A program made the translations under genes and the position numbers. A DNA stretch of 64,000 nt, taken from positions 640-64,639 of the forward strand of contig CAILVY010000285.1 in assembly GCA_903837785.1 (NCBI GenBank), read 5' to 3'. Under the pieces are notes generated by a model. That model was not told the DNA's origin, ran no database searches, and was given only the letters and a program-made list of their open reading frames with translations. Position 1 is the stretch's first letter; every line of letters starts with the position of its first letter. Below are positions 50,111 through 58,442 of the stretch, one piece after another. This DNA is from Candidatus Hydrogenedentota bacterium. GTDB lineage: Bacteria; Hydrogenedentota; Hydrogenedentia; Hydrogenedentales; CAILVY01.

Positions 50111-52474
50111 ATGCATTCAATTCTGCTCAACGGCGTTTGGCGGCTCGCCCGCTTTGAGGCGGGCAAGTGCGCATTATCGCATCCGGATCAACTCGATTCC
50201 CTCGCAGTGGACTGCCTGGAGGCTGAGGTACCCGGCAATGTGGAATTGGATCTGCAGCGGGCGGGCAGACTTCCGGATCCCTTCTTCGGGACGAATATTC
50301 ACGCGTTACGCCCGCTCGAATTCCACGAGTGGTGGTTCACCCGCGACTTCGATCTTGCCGAGGAGGCAATGGCCGCGTGCGCCAACTGGGACCTCGTCTT
50401 CGCCGGGGTGGACACGTTCGCAACTGTCTGGCTGAACGGCATCGAGCTGGGCCGCACGGCCAACATGCTCATCGAACACCGCTTCGACGTTTCGCGGGCG
50501 CTGCAGGCCGGGAAGAACCGCGTCTGCGTGCGGATTGAATCGGCATTGCGCATGGCGGAGCGTGCCCGCTACGACGCGTCCGTGCAAAGCTGGGAACGCC
50601 GCGAGGAAGGCGTGCGCGTCCGCAAGGCGCCGCACATGTGGGGTTGGGACATCATGCCCCGCGCCGTGTCCGCGGGCCTGTGGCGTCCGGTCTGGCTCGA
50701 ACCGCGCCCCGCGAACGCCATCGAACAACTCTACTTCTGGACCTTCGGCCTGGCAGAGCAGGACGCCACGCTCGGCGTGCGCTTTCAGGTGCGCACAGAC
50801 CGCTTCAACGCCGGGAGCCGCCTCCGCCTGCACTTCCGCGGAGCATGCGGCAATCATCTATTCGAGCACGAGACGCCGCTCGAGTTCATTGCGGGCGGCG
50901 ACCGCATCCGCATTCCGAATGCGAAGCGGTGGTGGCCCAAGGGCTACGGCGATCCTGACCTCTACACGATCACCACGCGCCTCTACGACGCGGAAGTGTT
51001 GCTTGCGGAACGCTCGGACCGGATCGGCATCCGCAAGGTTGAAGTCGATCGCACGGAGAAGACCGGGCCCGTATGGGCGCCGGAACCGGCGGCTGAATGC
51101 CCCGCGCGTGTGGACCTCGATCCCGCGCCCGACGCCCATTTTGTGTTCCGCGTCAACGGCGTGCCGATCCTCGTCAAAGGGGCAAACTGGGTGCCGCTGG
51201 ACGCGTTCCACAGCCGGGACGCCGAACGGCTGGAAGCGGCCGTGGCGCTCTTCGATGAGCTCGGCTGCAACATGATTCGCTGCTGGGGCGGCAACGTCTA
51301 TGAGGATCACCGCTTCTTCGATCTGTGCGACGAGAAGGGCATCCTCGTGTGGCAGGATTTCGCCTTTGCCTGCTGCCGCTATCCGCAGGATGCGGCCTTT
51401 CTCGACGAGGTGAGCGCCGAAGCCGAAGCCATTGTCACGAAGCTGCGGAATCACGCGTCGCTCGCGCTGTGGTGCGGCGACAACGAGATCGACGGCGTCT
51501 ACACGTGGGAAGGGCTGAACCCGGAGCACAACCGGCTCACGCGCGAGGTCCTGCCGCAGGTGGCGCACCGCTGCGATCCGTACCGGCACTACGTGCCGAG
51601 TTCGCCCCATATCCCGGACGCGGATCAGGGCCGCATGCCCGAGCAGCATCTGTGGGGGCCGCGCGGCTACTACAAGGGGCGGTACTACACGCACCACAAC
51701 GCCCATTTCATCGGGGAAATCGGCTATCACGGCTGCCCCAACGTCTCGTCGATTCGCCGTTTCATCCCGGAAGAGCGGTTGTGGCCGTGGCGCGGCAACC
51801 CGGACTGGCTTGCGCACTGCACGTATCACTGGCGTCACGACAAGATTGACCGGGACCGCAACAAGCTCATGGCGAACCAGGTCCGCGAACTCTTCGGGGA
51901 GATCCCGAAGACCCTCGAGCGCTTCGCGCTCGCCAGCCAGATTGTTCAGGCCGAGGCGAAGAAATTCTTTGTCGAGTCCACGCGCCTGCGGAAATGGCCG
52001 ACGAGCGGCATCCTGTGGTGGAACGTAATCGACGGCTGGCCGCAGTTCTCCGACGCGATCGTCGATTACTACTTCGGAAAGAAGCTGGCCTATCACTACA
52101 TCCGCCGCGTGCAGCGGCCGGTCTGCCTCGTTCTCGGCGAACCCGGCAGCGACAAATACCTGCCGGTCGTGCTGTGCAACGATTCCCGGGAAACGATGCC
52201 CGTCGAATATCGCGTGTGGGACGCGGAGAGTGGAGAAACGGCCGCCGAAGGGCGCTTCACCTCGCAGGCAAACCAGAATTGGCAGGTGGCGCGCATCCGC
52301 ACGTGCGCCTCGGATCAACGGCTTTTCCTGATGGAGTGGCGCGTCAACGGCGAATGTTTCGGGAACCACTATCTCGCGGGTGCGCCGCCGCACGCCCTGG
52401 CGCGGTACGCACAGCTCCTCGAGCACATTGCCGCACTGCCCGATGGCTTCGACGCGGCGCAGGTCGCGCGATAA
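50111..52474 (+). CDS. GH2 beta-mannosidase
   Basis: RKAPHMWGWD, KGANWVP, NMIRCWGG, WQDF, WCGDNE, FIGEIG. Confidence 0.9.
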   Translation: MHSILLNGVWRLARFEAGKCALSHPDQLDSLAVDCLEAEVPGNVELDLQRAGRLPDPFFGTNIHALRPLEFHEWWFTRDFDLAEEAMAACANWDLVFAGVDTFATVWLNGIELGRTANMLIEHRFDVSRALQAGKNRVCVRIESALRMAERARYDASVQSWERREEGVRVRKAPHMWGWDIMPRAVSAGLWRPVWLEPRPANAIEQLYFWTFGLAEQDATLGVRFQVRTDRFNAGSRLRLHFRGACGNHLFEHETPLEFIAGGDRIRIPNAKRWWPKGYGDPDLYTITTRLYDAEVLLAERSDRIGIRKVEVDRTEKTGPVWAPEPAAECPARVDLDPAPDAHFVFRVNGVPILVKGANWVPLDAFHSRDAERLEAAVALFDELGCNMIRCWGGNVYEDHRFFDLCDEKGILVWQDFAFACCRYPQDAAFLDEVSAEAEAIVTKLRNHASLALWCGDNEIDGVYTWEGLNPEHNRLTREVLPQVAHRCDPYRHYVPSSPHIPDADQGRMPEQHLWGPRGYYKGRYYTHHNAHFIGEIGYHGCPNVSSIRRFIPEERLWPWRGNPDWLAHCTYHWRHDKIDRDRNKLMANQVRELFGEIPKTLERFALASQIVQAEAKKFFVESTRLRKWPTSGILWWNVIDGWPQFSDAIVDYYFGKKLAYHYIRRVQRPVCLVLGEPGSDKYLPVVLCNDSRETMPVEYRVWDAESGETAAEGRFTSQANQNWQVARIRTCASDQRLFLMEWRVNGECFGNHYLAGAPPHALARYAQLLEHIAALPDGFDAAQVAR

Positions 52475-52481
52475 CCGGAGA

Positions 52482-53675
52482 TCACGGCTTCAACCAGCGC
52501 TCGAACCACGCGATGGCGTCGTCCTGCGCCGGAATCTTCAGCGAGTGCGGCTCGTCGTAGAACTTGCACAGGAACTTCTCCGAGGCACCCATGCGCTTGT
52601 ACACCTCGGCGATATGCGATTCCGCCGCGCGCATGCCCTCCATCGTGAAGAGCTTGTCCTGCGAGCAGTTGATCACCATGAGGGGGTTCGGCGCGTTGAG
52701 CGTGACCACGTCCGGAAGTTCCAGCCAGGGGACCTGCCCCGGCACGTAAAGCATCCAGGTGTGGTTCTTGATATGATCGAAGAGGATGGAGCGATAGGGG
52801 ACCATCCACCCCGCGACAATGCCCACTTTCACGCGCGGATCGAGTCCGAAGAGGTGCGCGGAGCGGTACCCGCCGATGGAGAGCCCGAGGCAGCCGATGC
52901 GTGCGGCATCCACTTCCGGGCGCGTGAGCAGGTAATCCACGCTCGCAATGTCGCCCTGGGCCAGCACGCCGGGCCAGGTTGTGCCCGCGTCAAACATGGC
53001 CTTCGCCATCAGGTTCTCGTGGCGGGACGAGGTCGCGTTGAACTCGCGGATGTACTCGTCGCTTCCCGGGGTGAGCTTGTTCAAATCACGGACATACTGT
53101 TCCTGAAGCGTGTCCACCGGCAGGCGCTGTGCGCCGAAGTAGAAGGCGTCGGGCACGAGCACGACAAAGCCGCGCCGCGCGAGCGCGTCGGCAAAGCAGC
53201 GCCCGCCGTACGTGCCGTTGATGAGGTCCTGCAGGACCTTCGGCGGGTTCTCCGTCTCGGTGATCTTCTCCTTGCCGAAGTAGTAGAAGCCGCTGTGGCA
53301 ATGCAGCGCGACCACGGCGGGCGCGGGCTTCGTGAGCCCTTCGGGGACCAGGAGGTATGCGTCCGTCTTGCGGTCCGCCGTGATGGAGTAGCGGACAAGA
53401 TAGCGGGTGTAGCCGTCTTTCTTCGTGGTCTCCAGCACGATGGCGTCTCTTGGCGCGGGATCGGGATGATACAAGAGGATCTCGAACATCTTGTCCCGGC
53501 CCTGTTTCCGCCAAGCCTCCGGATCGGGCCAGTTGCCTGACAGGAACGACAACGGATGCGTGCTCTTCGCCGCATAGGCATCCAGGAAATTGAAGTAACT
53601 GCCCACGTCGCTTCGGGGCGGCTCCGCCGGCGCCTGTGCGAGCGCGGATAACAGCATCAGCAAGGGATAGGACAT
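52482..53675 (-). CDS. Secreted alpha/beta hydrolase (dienelactone hydrolase-like)
   Basis: RPEVDAARIGCLGLSIGG nucleophile elbow, QDKLF Asp, EPHS His. Confidence 0.85.
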   Translation of the reverse strand: MSYPLLMLLSALAQAPAEPPRSDVGSYFNFLDAYAAKSTHPLSFLSGNWPDPEAWRKQGRDKMFEILLYHPDPAPRDAIVLETTKKDGYTRYLVRYSITADRKTDAYLLVPEGLTKPAPAVVALHCHSGFYYFGKEKITETENPPKVLQDLINGTYGGRCFADALARRGFVVLVPDAFYFGAQRLPVDTLQEQYVRDLNKLTPGSDEYIREFNATSSRHENLMAKAMFDAGTTWPGVLAQGDIASVDYLLTRPEVDAARIGCLGLSIGGYRSAHLFGLDPRVKVGIVAGWMVPYRSILFDHIKNHTWMLYVPGQVPWLELPDVVTLNAPNPLMVINCSQDKLFTMEGMRAAESHIAEVYKRMGASEKFLCKFYDEPHSLKIPAQDDAIAWFERWLKP

Positions 53676-53691
53676 CACGCCGAGACTCCTT

Positions 53692-54105
53692 CTATGCCCG
53701 CCTCCGGGCTTTTGCCGCCACGACAGTGGCAATGCCGCCCACGATGATCACGCTGGCCGCCACGAACATCGTCCTGACCGCCGACTTCACCTGTTTGCTC
53801 TCCGCGATGCCGGTCATGCACCAGCGCGCGAAATGCTCGCAATTGTTGAACAGCAGATGATATCGCGATTCTTCGAGGCGGCTTTCGGCCCGCTGCATCA
53901 CGTCCTCGGCGGACGGCGCGGGATCGTACTGGACAAGCCGGATCGCACGCCCCTTCGTAAACACGTCCAGCGCCACCCGCTCGACGATCGCCCGGGATCG
54001 CTTGAGCGGACTGCCGGAATAATGGATCGCCGTGCCGTCGCCACAGTCGATGCCGTGGTGCCAGTACAGAAGACGCCGAACGCAGATGTGGTCGCCGCGC
54101 GCCAT
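53692..54105 (-). CDS. LRAT/NC-domain protein (permuted NlpC/P60)
   Basis: RGDHI, YWHHGI, AIHY, YHLLFNNCEHFARWC, C-terminal TM helix; start may be 54114 or 54120. Confidence 0.88.
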   Translation of the reverse strand: MARGDHICVRRLLYWHHGIDCGDGTAIHYSGSPLKRSRAIVERVALDVFTKGRAIRLVQYDPAPSAEDVMQRAESRLEESRYHLLFNNCEHFARWCMTGIAESKQVKSAVRTMFVAASVIIVGGIATVVAAKARRRA

Positions 54106-54116
54106 GGCCGCCATCC

Positions 54117-54947
54117 TCACTTGATTGCGCCGGCCGTAAGGCCCTTGATGAACCGCCGTTGCATTGCCAAGTATAGAATCGTGACGGGCAAAGATAAAAT
54201 CACGACCCCGGCGAAGATGTGGTTCCAGTTCTTGACGTATTTGTCGGACATGAATCGCCAGAGCTGGACAAAGACGAGCTGGCTCCGCGGCCCCATGATG
54301 ATGAAGGCCTGCATGAAGTCATTCCAGATCCAGAGCCCCCAAAAGATCACGACGGTGATCGTGCAGGGCGTGAGCAGGGGAAAGATGATGCGCCAGAAGA
54401 CGGAGACCGGGCCGCAGCCGTCGATGGCCGCCGCCTCTTCCAGTTCCTTCGGCACGCTGCTCATGAACCCGCTGTAGATGAAGATGCAGAGCGGGAGCCC
54501 CCACGAAACGTAGTGGACGAGCAGCGCAAAATACGTGAACTGGATGTGCAGCATCCGGAACTGCTGGAGGAGGGGAACCATGATGATTTGGAAGGGGATT
54601 GTGAGCCCGGCGAGGAAGAGCAGGCGCCAGAACTTGCCCGTGGCCATGGGGCGGCGCATCAGCGAATATGCGGCCATGGGCGCCGCCACCATCAGGCTGA
54701 GAATCACCGCGGTGCACATCAGGAAGCTGTTGAGCATCGGCCCGGCGATCTTGACGCCGGTGAAGAGGTACACGAAGTTGTCGAGGTTGAGCCGATGCGG
54801 CAGGGCGAGCGGCGCCTGAACAATCTCCGGGAGCGTCTTGAAGGCGTTGAGTATGGCGAGCAGGCACGGCGAGACGAACAGGAGCCCCGCGGCCAGCATG
54901 AGCAACTCCAGGAGCGGCAGCGAACGCTTCGTTGACGCGGCGCTCAT
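54117..54947 (-). CDS. Carbohydrate ABC transporter permease (MalG-like)
   Basis: ELEEAAAIDG EAA loop, WIWNDF, MQRRFIKGLTAGAIK; ATGA overlap. Confidence 0.92.
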   Translation of the reverse strand: MSAASTKRSLPLLELLMLAAGLLFVSPCLLAILNAFKTLPEIVQAPLALPHRLNLDNFVYLFTGVKIAGPMLNSFLMCTAVILSLMVAAPMAAYSLMRRPMATGKFWRLLFLAGLTIPFQIIMVPLLQQFRMLHIQFTYFALLVHYVSWGLPLCIFIYSGFMSSVPKELEEAAAIDGCGPVSVFWRIIFPLLTPCTITVVIFWGLWIWNDFMQAFIIMGPRSQLVFVQLWRFMSDKYVKNWNHIFAGVVILSLPVTILYLAMQRRFIKGLTAGAIK

Positions 54948-55843
54948 AGGCTCACCTGCCTGCGCCGCAGCAGCGCGACCTGAATGCCCGCGATGATAAC
55001 CAGGGCCAGAAACGTGACGAAGGACACGGCGGCCGCGTAGCCCTGGCGGTTGTTGAGTACGCCGAGGTGATAAATGTAATAGCCGATCGTGAACGTGCGG
55101 AAGCCCGGGCCTCCCTGCGTCGTCACCACAATCTGCGGAAACAGGTTGATGCCGGTGATCACCGCGAGCACGGAGGTCGTCGTCAGCGTGGGCAGGAGCA
55201 TCGGGAACTGAATGCGCCTGAAGACGGAGAGCGGTCCCGCGCCGTCGATCCGCGCCGCTTCGTAGAGCTCCGTGGGAATCGTCTGCAGATTCGCGAGGTA
55301 CAACGTCGTGAAGAAACCCAGCCCGCTCCACGCGACGAGCGCGAAGATGAAGTAGGGGACGAGACCCGGATCGCCCATCCAATCCTGCGTGATGCTGTCC
55401 AGGCCCGCTGTCCGCAGCAGCGTGTTCATTGCGCCCTCGCGGTAATTGGCGAGATACTGGAAGAGCAGCGCGTTCACGAGAATGCTGAGGATGTACGGAT
55501 AGAAGAAGAGGCCGCGAATCGGGCCCTTCCAGAAGCGGAGCGCATCCAGGATCACCGCCAGCAGCATCGACGCGAACGTGAAGAAGATCACGATCAACGC
55601 GGATTCAAGCAGCGTAAAACGGATAGCGTCGAGGAAACGCGTGTCGCTCAGGAGCTCCCGGAAATTCGCCAGCCCCACATAAGCGGGGCGGCCCGTCCAG
55701 CCCGTCCAGTTGGTGAAGCTGTAGGCGAAGCCAAGCATCGCCGGAACCACGATGAACCCGACGTACAGCACGATGGCCGGCCCGCACAGCACCAGCGACG
55801 CCAGCGCATTGTGAATAGTTCTTCTGTTGGATGGCCTCCTCAA
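54944..55843 (-). CDS. Carbohydrate ABC transporter permease (MalF-like)
   Basis: YSFTNW, YVGLANF, ELYEAARIDGA, TTQGGP; probable TTG start with GGGAG RBS overlapping the upstream TGA (alternative ATG 55897). Confidence 0.9.
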   Translation of the reverse strand: MRRPSNRRTIHNALASLVLCGPAIVLYVGFIVVPAMLGFAYSFTNWTGWTGRPAYVGLANFRELLSDTRFLDAIRFTLLESALIVIFFTFASMLLAVILDALRFWKGPIRGLFFYPYILSILVNALLFQYLANYREGAMNTLLRTAGLDSITQDWMGDPGLVPYFIFALVAWSGLGFFTTLYLANLQTIPTELYEAARIDGAGPLSVFRRIQFPMLLPTLTTTSVLAVITGINLFPQIVVTTQGGPGFRTFTIGYYIYHLGVLNNRQGYAAAVSFVTFLALVIIAGIQVALLRRRQVSL

Positions 55844-57012
55844 GATTGGGTACTCCCACCGCGCACCGCGCTTTCGCTTTGAGCGACGATACGGCATCTG
55901 GGTCCCGCGTGCCTCTCGTGCCAAGGGGTCGAGCAATCGTGAAGTGTGGCGACTGGAGTGATGAAGGACGGGACTTCGTCGACCGCCAGCGAGAAGAAGA
56001 CCTCGCTGATCCGTTGAGTGAGAATCTCGCAAATTAATGAACGCATAGTCGTGAGACCGGGGAACAGTGCATCGCCGCGGCGCAATGATTCGACACGCCG
56101 CCATTCATAGTGACGGGGATGATACGCTGCTACCCCCCCTTCCCCCCCGCACGCGGGGGGGTGATCCGGATTGTGCGTCAGATCGAAACTTTCGTTGACT
56201 TGTCCAGGCTCCAACACATGCTGAGAATCCTCTCCGCCCCCTCGCACGGCCGAAACGGGTGCTTCTTCACCCCCCCGCGCATAAGGGACAGAAGCCTCTT
56301 CACCCCCCCGCGTGCGGGGGGGCAGGGGGGGTAGAATCTCCATCGTTTCGTCAATTACCCCAAAGATCGCAGCAACAACATTGTCGACGTCCCCCAGCAC
56401 TTCCGCGTCCGAAAAATGCAACACATTCAAACCCAAGGACCGCAGGAACACATCGCGTCGTTCATCGTATGCCGCTGCCTCTTCCCCCATATGCGATCTG
56501 CCGTCCACCTCAACTACGAGGCCTTTCTCGCGACAATAGAAATCCACGATATAACTGCCAATGGGGTGTTGTTTCCGAAACTTGGCCGAGAGACTGCCAC
56601 TCCGCAAGACATGCCACAATTTGCGTTCTGCCGGACATTCTGCCTGGCGCATTTTCCTTGCCCTGGCGAAATGGACTGTGGGAATGTGCTTCCAGGTTGT
56701 ATGTCCGCCCAGGCCCATCACGCGCTTCCTGGACATCAGATAATTCCCAGGGGTGAGCCACAGGGCGCCTTGTGACGTGATAACGCTGTATGCGACGCCG
56801 CGAAAGGACTCCGTATTCATTGACCGCACAGCGTGGGGATGGAAATCGTGGCCAAGAACGAAATCGCCAAGGGCAATGTCCTCAATGGGGCGTAGGACTA
56901 CCCCCCCTTCCCCCCCGCACGCGCGGGGGTGAAGAGGTTTCTGTCTCTCCTGCATGAAAGAGCGACAGACGCATATCGTCGTTCCTTTGAGGATGCCGGA
57001 GGCAGCAAGCAT
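55840..57012 (-). CDS. Free-standing intein-like Hint-domain protein with an inserted DUF559 (Vsr-like) endonuclease
   Basis: Hint-like GILKGTTI, PIEDIALGDFVLGHD, LWLTPGN, WRRVESLRRGD, VFFSLAVDEVPSFIT...LHDC; DUF559 RARKMR...AERKLW, FRKQHPIGSYIVDFYC, VEVDGRSH, RDVFLRSLGLNVLHF. Confidence 0.8.
   Translation of the reverse strand: MLAASGILKGTTICVCRSFMQERQKPLHPRACGGEGGVVLRPIEDIALGDFVLGHDFHPHAVRSMNTESFRGVAYSVITSQGALWLTPGNYLMSRKRVMGLGGHTTWKHIPTVHFARARKMRQAECPAERKLWHVLRSGSLSAKFRKQHPIGSYIVDFYCREKGLVVEVDGRSHMGEEAAAYDERRDVFLRSLGLNVLHFSDAEVLGDVDNVVAAIFGVIDETMEILPPLPPRTRGGEEASVPYARGGEEAPVSAVRGGGEDSQHVLEPGQVNESFDLTHNPDHPPACGGEGGVAAYHPRHYEWRRVESLRRGDALFPGLTTMRSLICEILTQRISEVFFSLAVDEVPSFITPVATLHDCSTPWHERHAGPRCRIVAQSESAVRGGSTQS
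56130..56164 (+). repeat. BoxC/REP-like palindromic repeat, copy 1
   Basis: CTACCCCCCCTTCCCCCCCGCACGCGGGGGGGTGA: pyrimidine tail plus C7GC/GCG7 hairpin. Confidence 0.85.
56228..56334 (-). repeat. BoxC/REP-like repeat copy 2 (56284-56334, inverted) plus two degenerate 33-bp-period partial copies
   Basis: Reverse complement of 56300-56334 differs from copy 1 at one base; 33-nt period encodes RGGEEA/RGGEEA/RGGGED. Confidence 0.8.
56898..56948 (+). repeat. BoxC/REP-like repeat, copy 3
   Basis: CTACCCCCCCTTCCCCCCCGCACGCGCGGGGGTGAAGAGGTTTCTGTCTCT; 51-bp inverted repeat of copy 2 with 4 mismatches. Confidence 0.85.
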
Positions 57013-57057
57013 GTGTTCGCGTCCATCCCTCCAACTACACAAGCCAAGTATCCATTG

Positions 57058-58371
57058 TCACGTGCCCTTGCGGGCGCTTTCCCATTCGGCATCGAGCATG
57101 GCCAGGAGTTTGTCCACATCGCGGCCGCCCGCCATGATCTCCTGCATTACGCGCGCGAGGATGTCGTGGATGCTCGCCGGCGGCATATCGTCGAGGGCGA
57201 TGTGATAGCCGGGGACGGCCCCGTACGTCTTGAGATTGGCGTTCATGTTCTCGATGAGCCGTTGTGCGGGCGGCCACGCGTACTTCGGTTGGGTGACCGG
57301 CACCTTGTCCGCCTGGCCGAACTGGCATTCGCCGTTCAGGAATTCCTGATAGACTTCCGGGTCGTAGAAGGTTTCCATCGCGGCCATGGCCTTGTCGAGC
57401 TTCTCTCCGGTTGCCGAGGTGGTGACGGCCCAGCCGGACTGCATTCCGGAAGTCTGGATGAAGACCGGCGCACGCCCGATCAGCGAAGGCACGGGCCAAT
57501 ACTCCATCTCGAACTCAACCTTGTTGGGTTCGATGTCGCCGGCCATCCAGCAGCCCATCATCCACGTCGCGCCCTTGCCGCCGTAGAAGTCCCGCTGCTC
57601 CTCGTTGTACCCGTCGCTCAGCGCGCCCTTGTCCACGAATTCATCCACGAGCCGGATCATCGTTTCGAACACCTGCCGCGCGATGGGATCCTTCGCGAAG
57701 CTCACCTCGCCCTTGTCCTTGCGGAGGGTCCAGGACGGCTTGCCCGGATCAGCGGCGCGGTCGTACAGGTCGGACGCGATCGCGAAGAAGAGCGGTTGTG
57801 CCGCGTTCCATTCGCGTCCGCCCAGCACGAGGGGCTTGTAACCCTTTTCCCGAAGCTTCCGGAACGCTTCGAAGTACGCCTCCCATGTGGCGGGCGATTC
57901 CGTCACGCCGATGGCCGCCCACATCGGCTTGTTGACGACGACGCCCTGGATCTGCAGGCCACCTTGCGTCGTGTAGCGCTTCCCCTTGTACGGCTTGGGC
58001 AGGGGTATGCCGAACTTCTCGTAGTAGGCATCCGGCAGGGGAACCAGGTGTCCGCCGTCCGAGAGAAAGTTGGCCATCTCCCACGTCATGACGATTTCGG
58101 GCAGGTCGCCGGTCGCGATACGCGACTTGTAGAAGTTGGAGCCTTCCATGTTCCCGAGGTCGATCAGCTCCAGTTGCCAACCGGGGTGATTTCGCTCGAA
58201 CACGGCCTTCCACGTGTTGAAGTGCTTGCGGAATCCTTCGCGCCCCCCGATGTTCCGCGTAACGCGAATGACGTTGCCGCCGCCGCTCTCCGCGCCGCAG
58301 CCGCAGAGGCTGGCGGCGATTGTCACGGCCAATAACGCTGGAACAAGTCGAAGAAGGCTCCGCGATCTCAT
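57058..58371 (-). CDS. Carbohydrate ABC transporter substrate-binding lipoprotein
   Basis: Lipoprotein signal (SLCGC), TGDLPEI, PATWEAY, FYGGKGATWMMGCW. Confidence 0.88.
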   Translation of the reverse strand: MRSRSLLRLVPALLAVTIAASLCGCGAESGGGNVIRVTRNIGGREGFRKHFNTWKAVFERNHPGWQLELIDLGNMEGSNFYKSRIATGDLPEIVMTWEMANFLSDGGHLVPLPDAYYEKFGIPLPKPYKGKRYTTQGGLQIQGVVVNKPMWAAIGVTESPATWEAYFEAFRKLREKGYKPLVLGGREWNAAQPLFFAIASDLYDRAADPGKPSWTLRKDKGEVSFAKDPIARQVFETMIRLVDEFVDKGALSDGYNEEQRDFYGGKGATWMMGCWMAGDIEPNKVEFEMEYWPVPSLIGRAPVFIQTSGMQSGWAVTTSATGEKLDKAMAAMETFYDPEVYQEFLNGECQFGQADKVPVTQPKYAWPPAQRLIENMNANLKTYGAVPGYHIALDDMPPASIHDILARVMQEIMAGGRDVDKLLAMLDAEWESARKGT

Positions 58372-58442
58372 CGATTTCCTCCCACGATAGCGGCAAAGCG
58401 CCCGCCGGAGAGTATAGAGGAAGCGGCGCCGCCAGGGAAGTA

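Noticed and set aside
56228-56334. CRISPR array
   Set aside because: Only three degenerate units of 33-nt period, inside a CDS, with no cas genes
56898-57026. Alternative-frame peptide MDANTCLLPPAS as the true intein block A, reached by frameshift
   Set aside because: The RBS abuts this ATG with no spacer, and in-frame GILKGTTI fits the block A pattern better; an alignment is needed to exclude it fully
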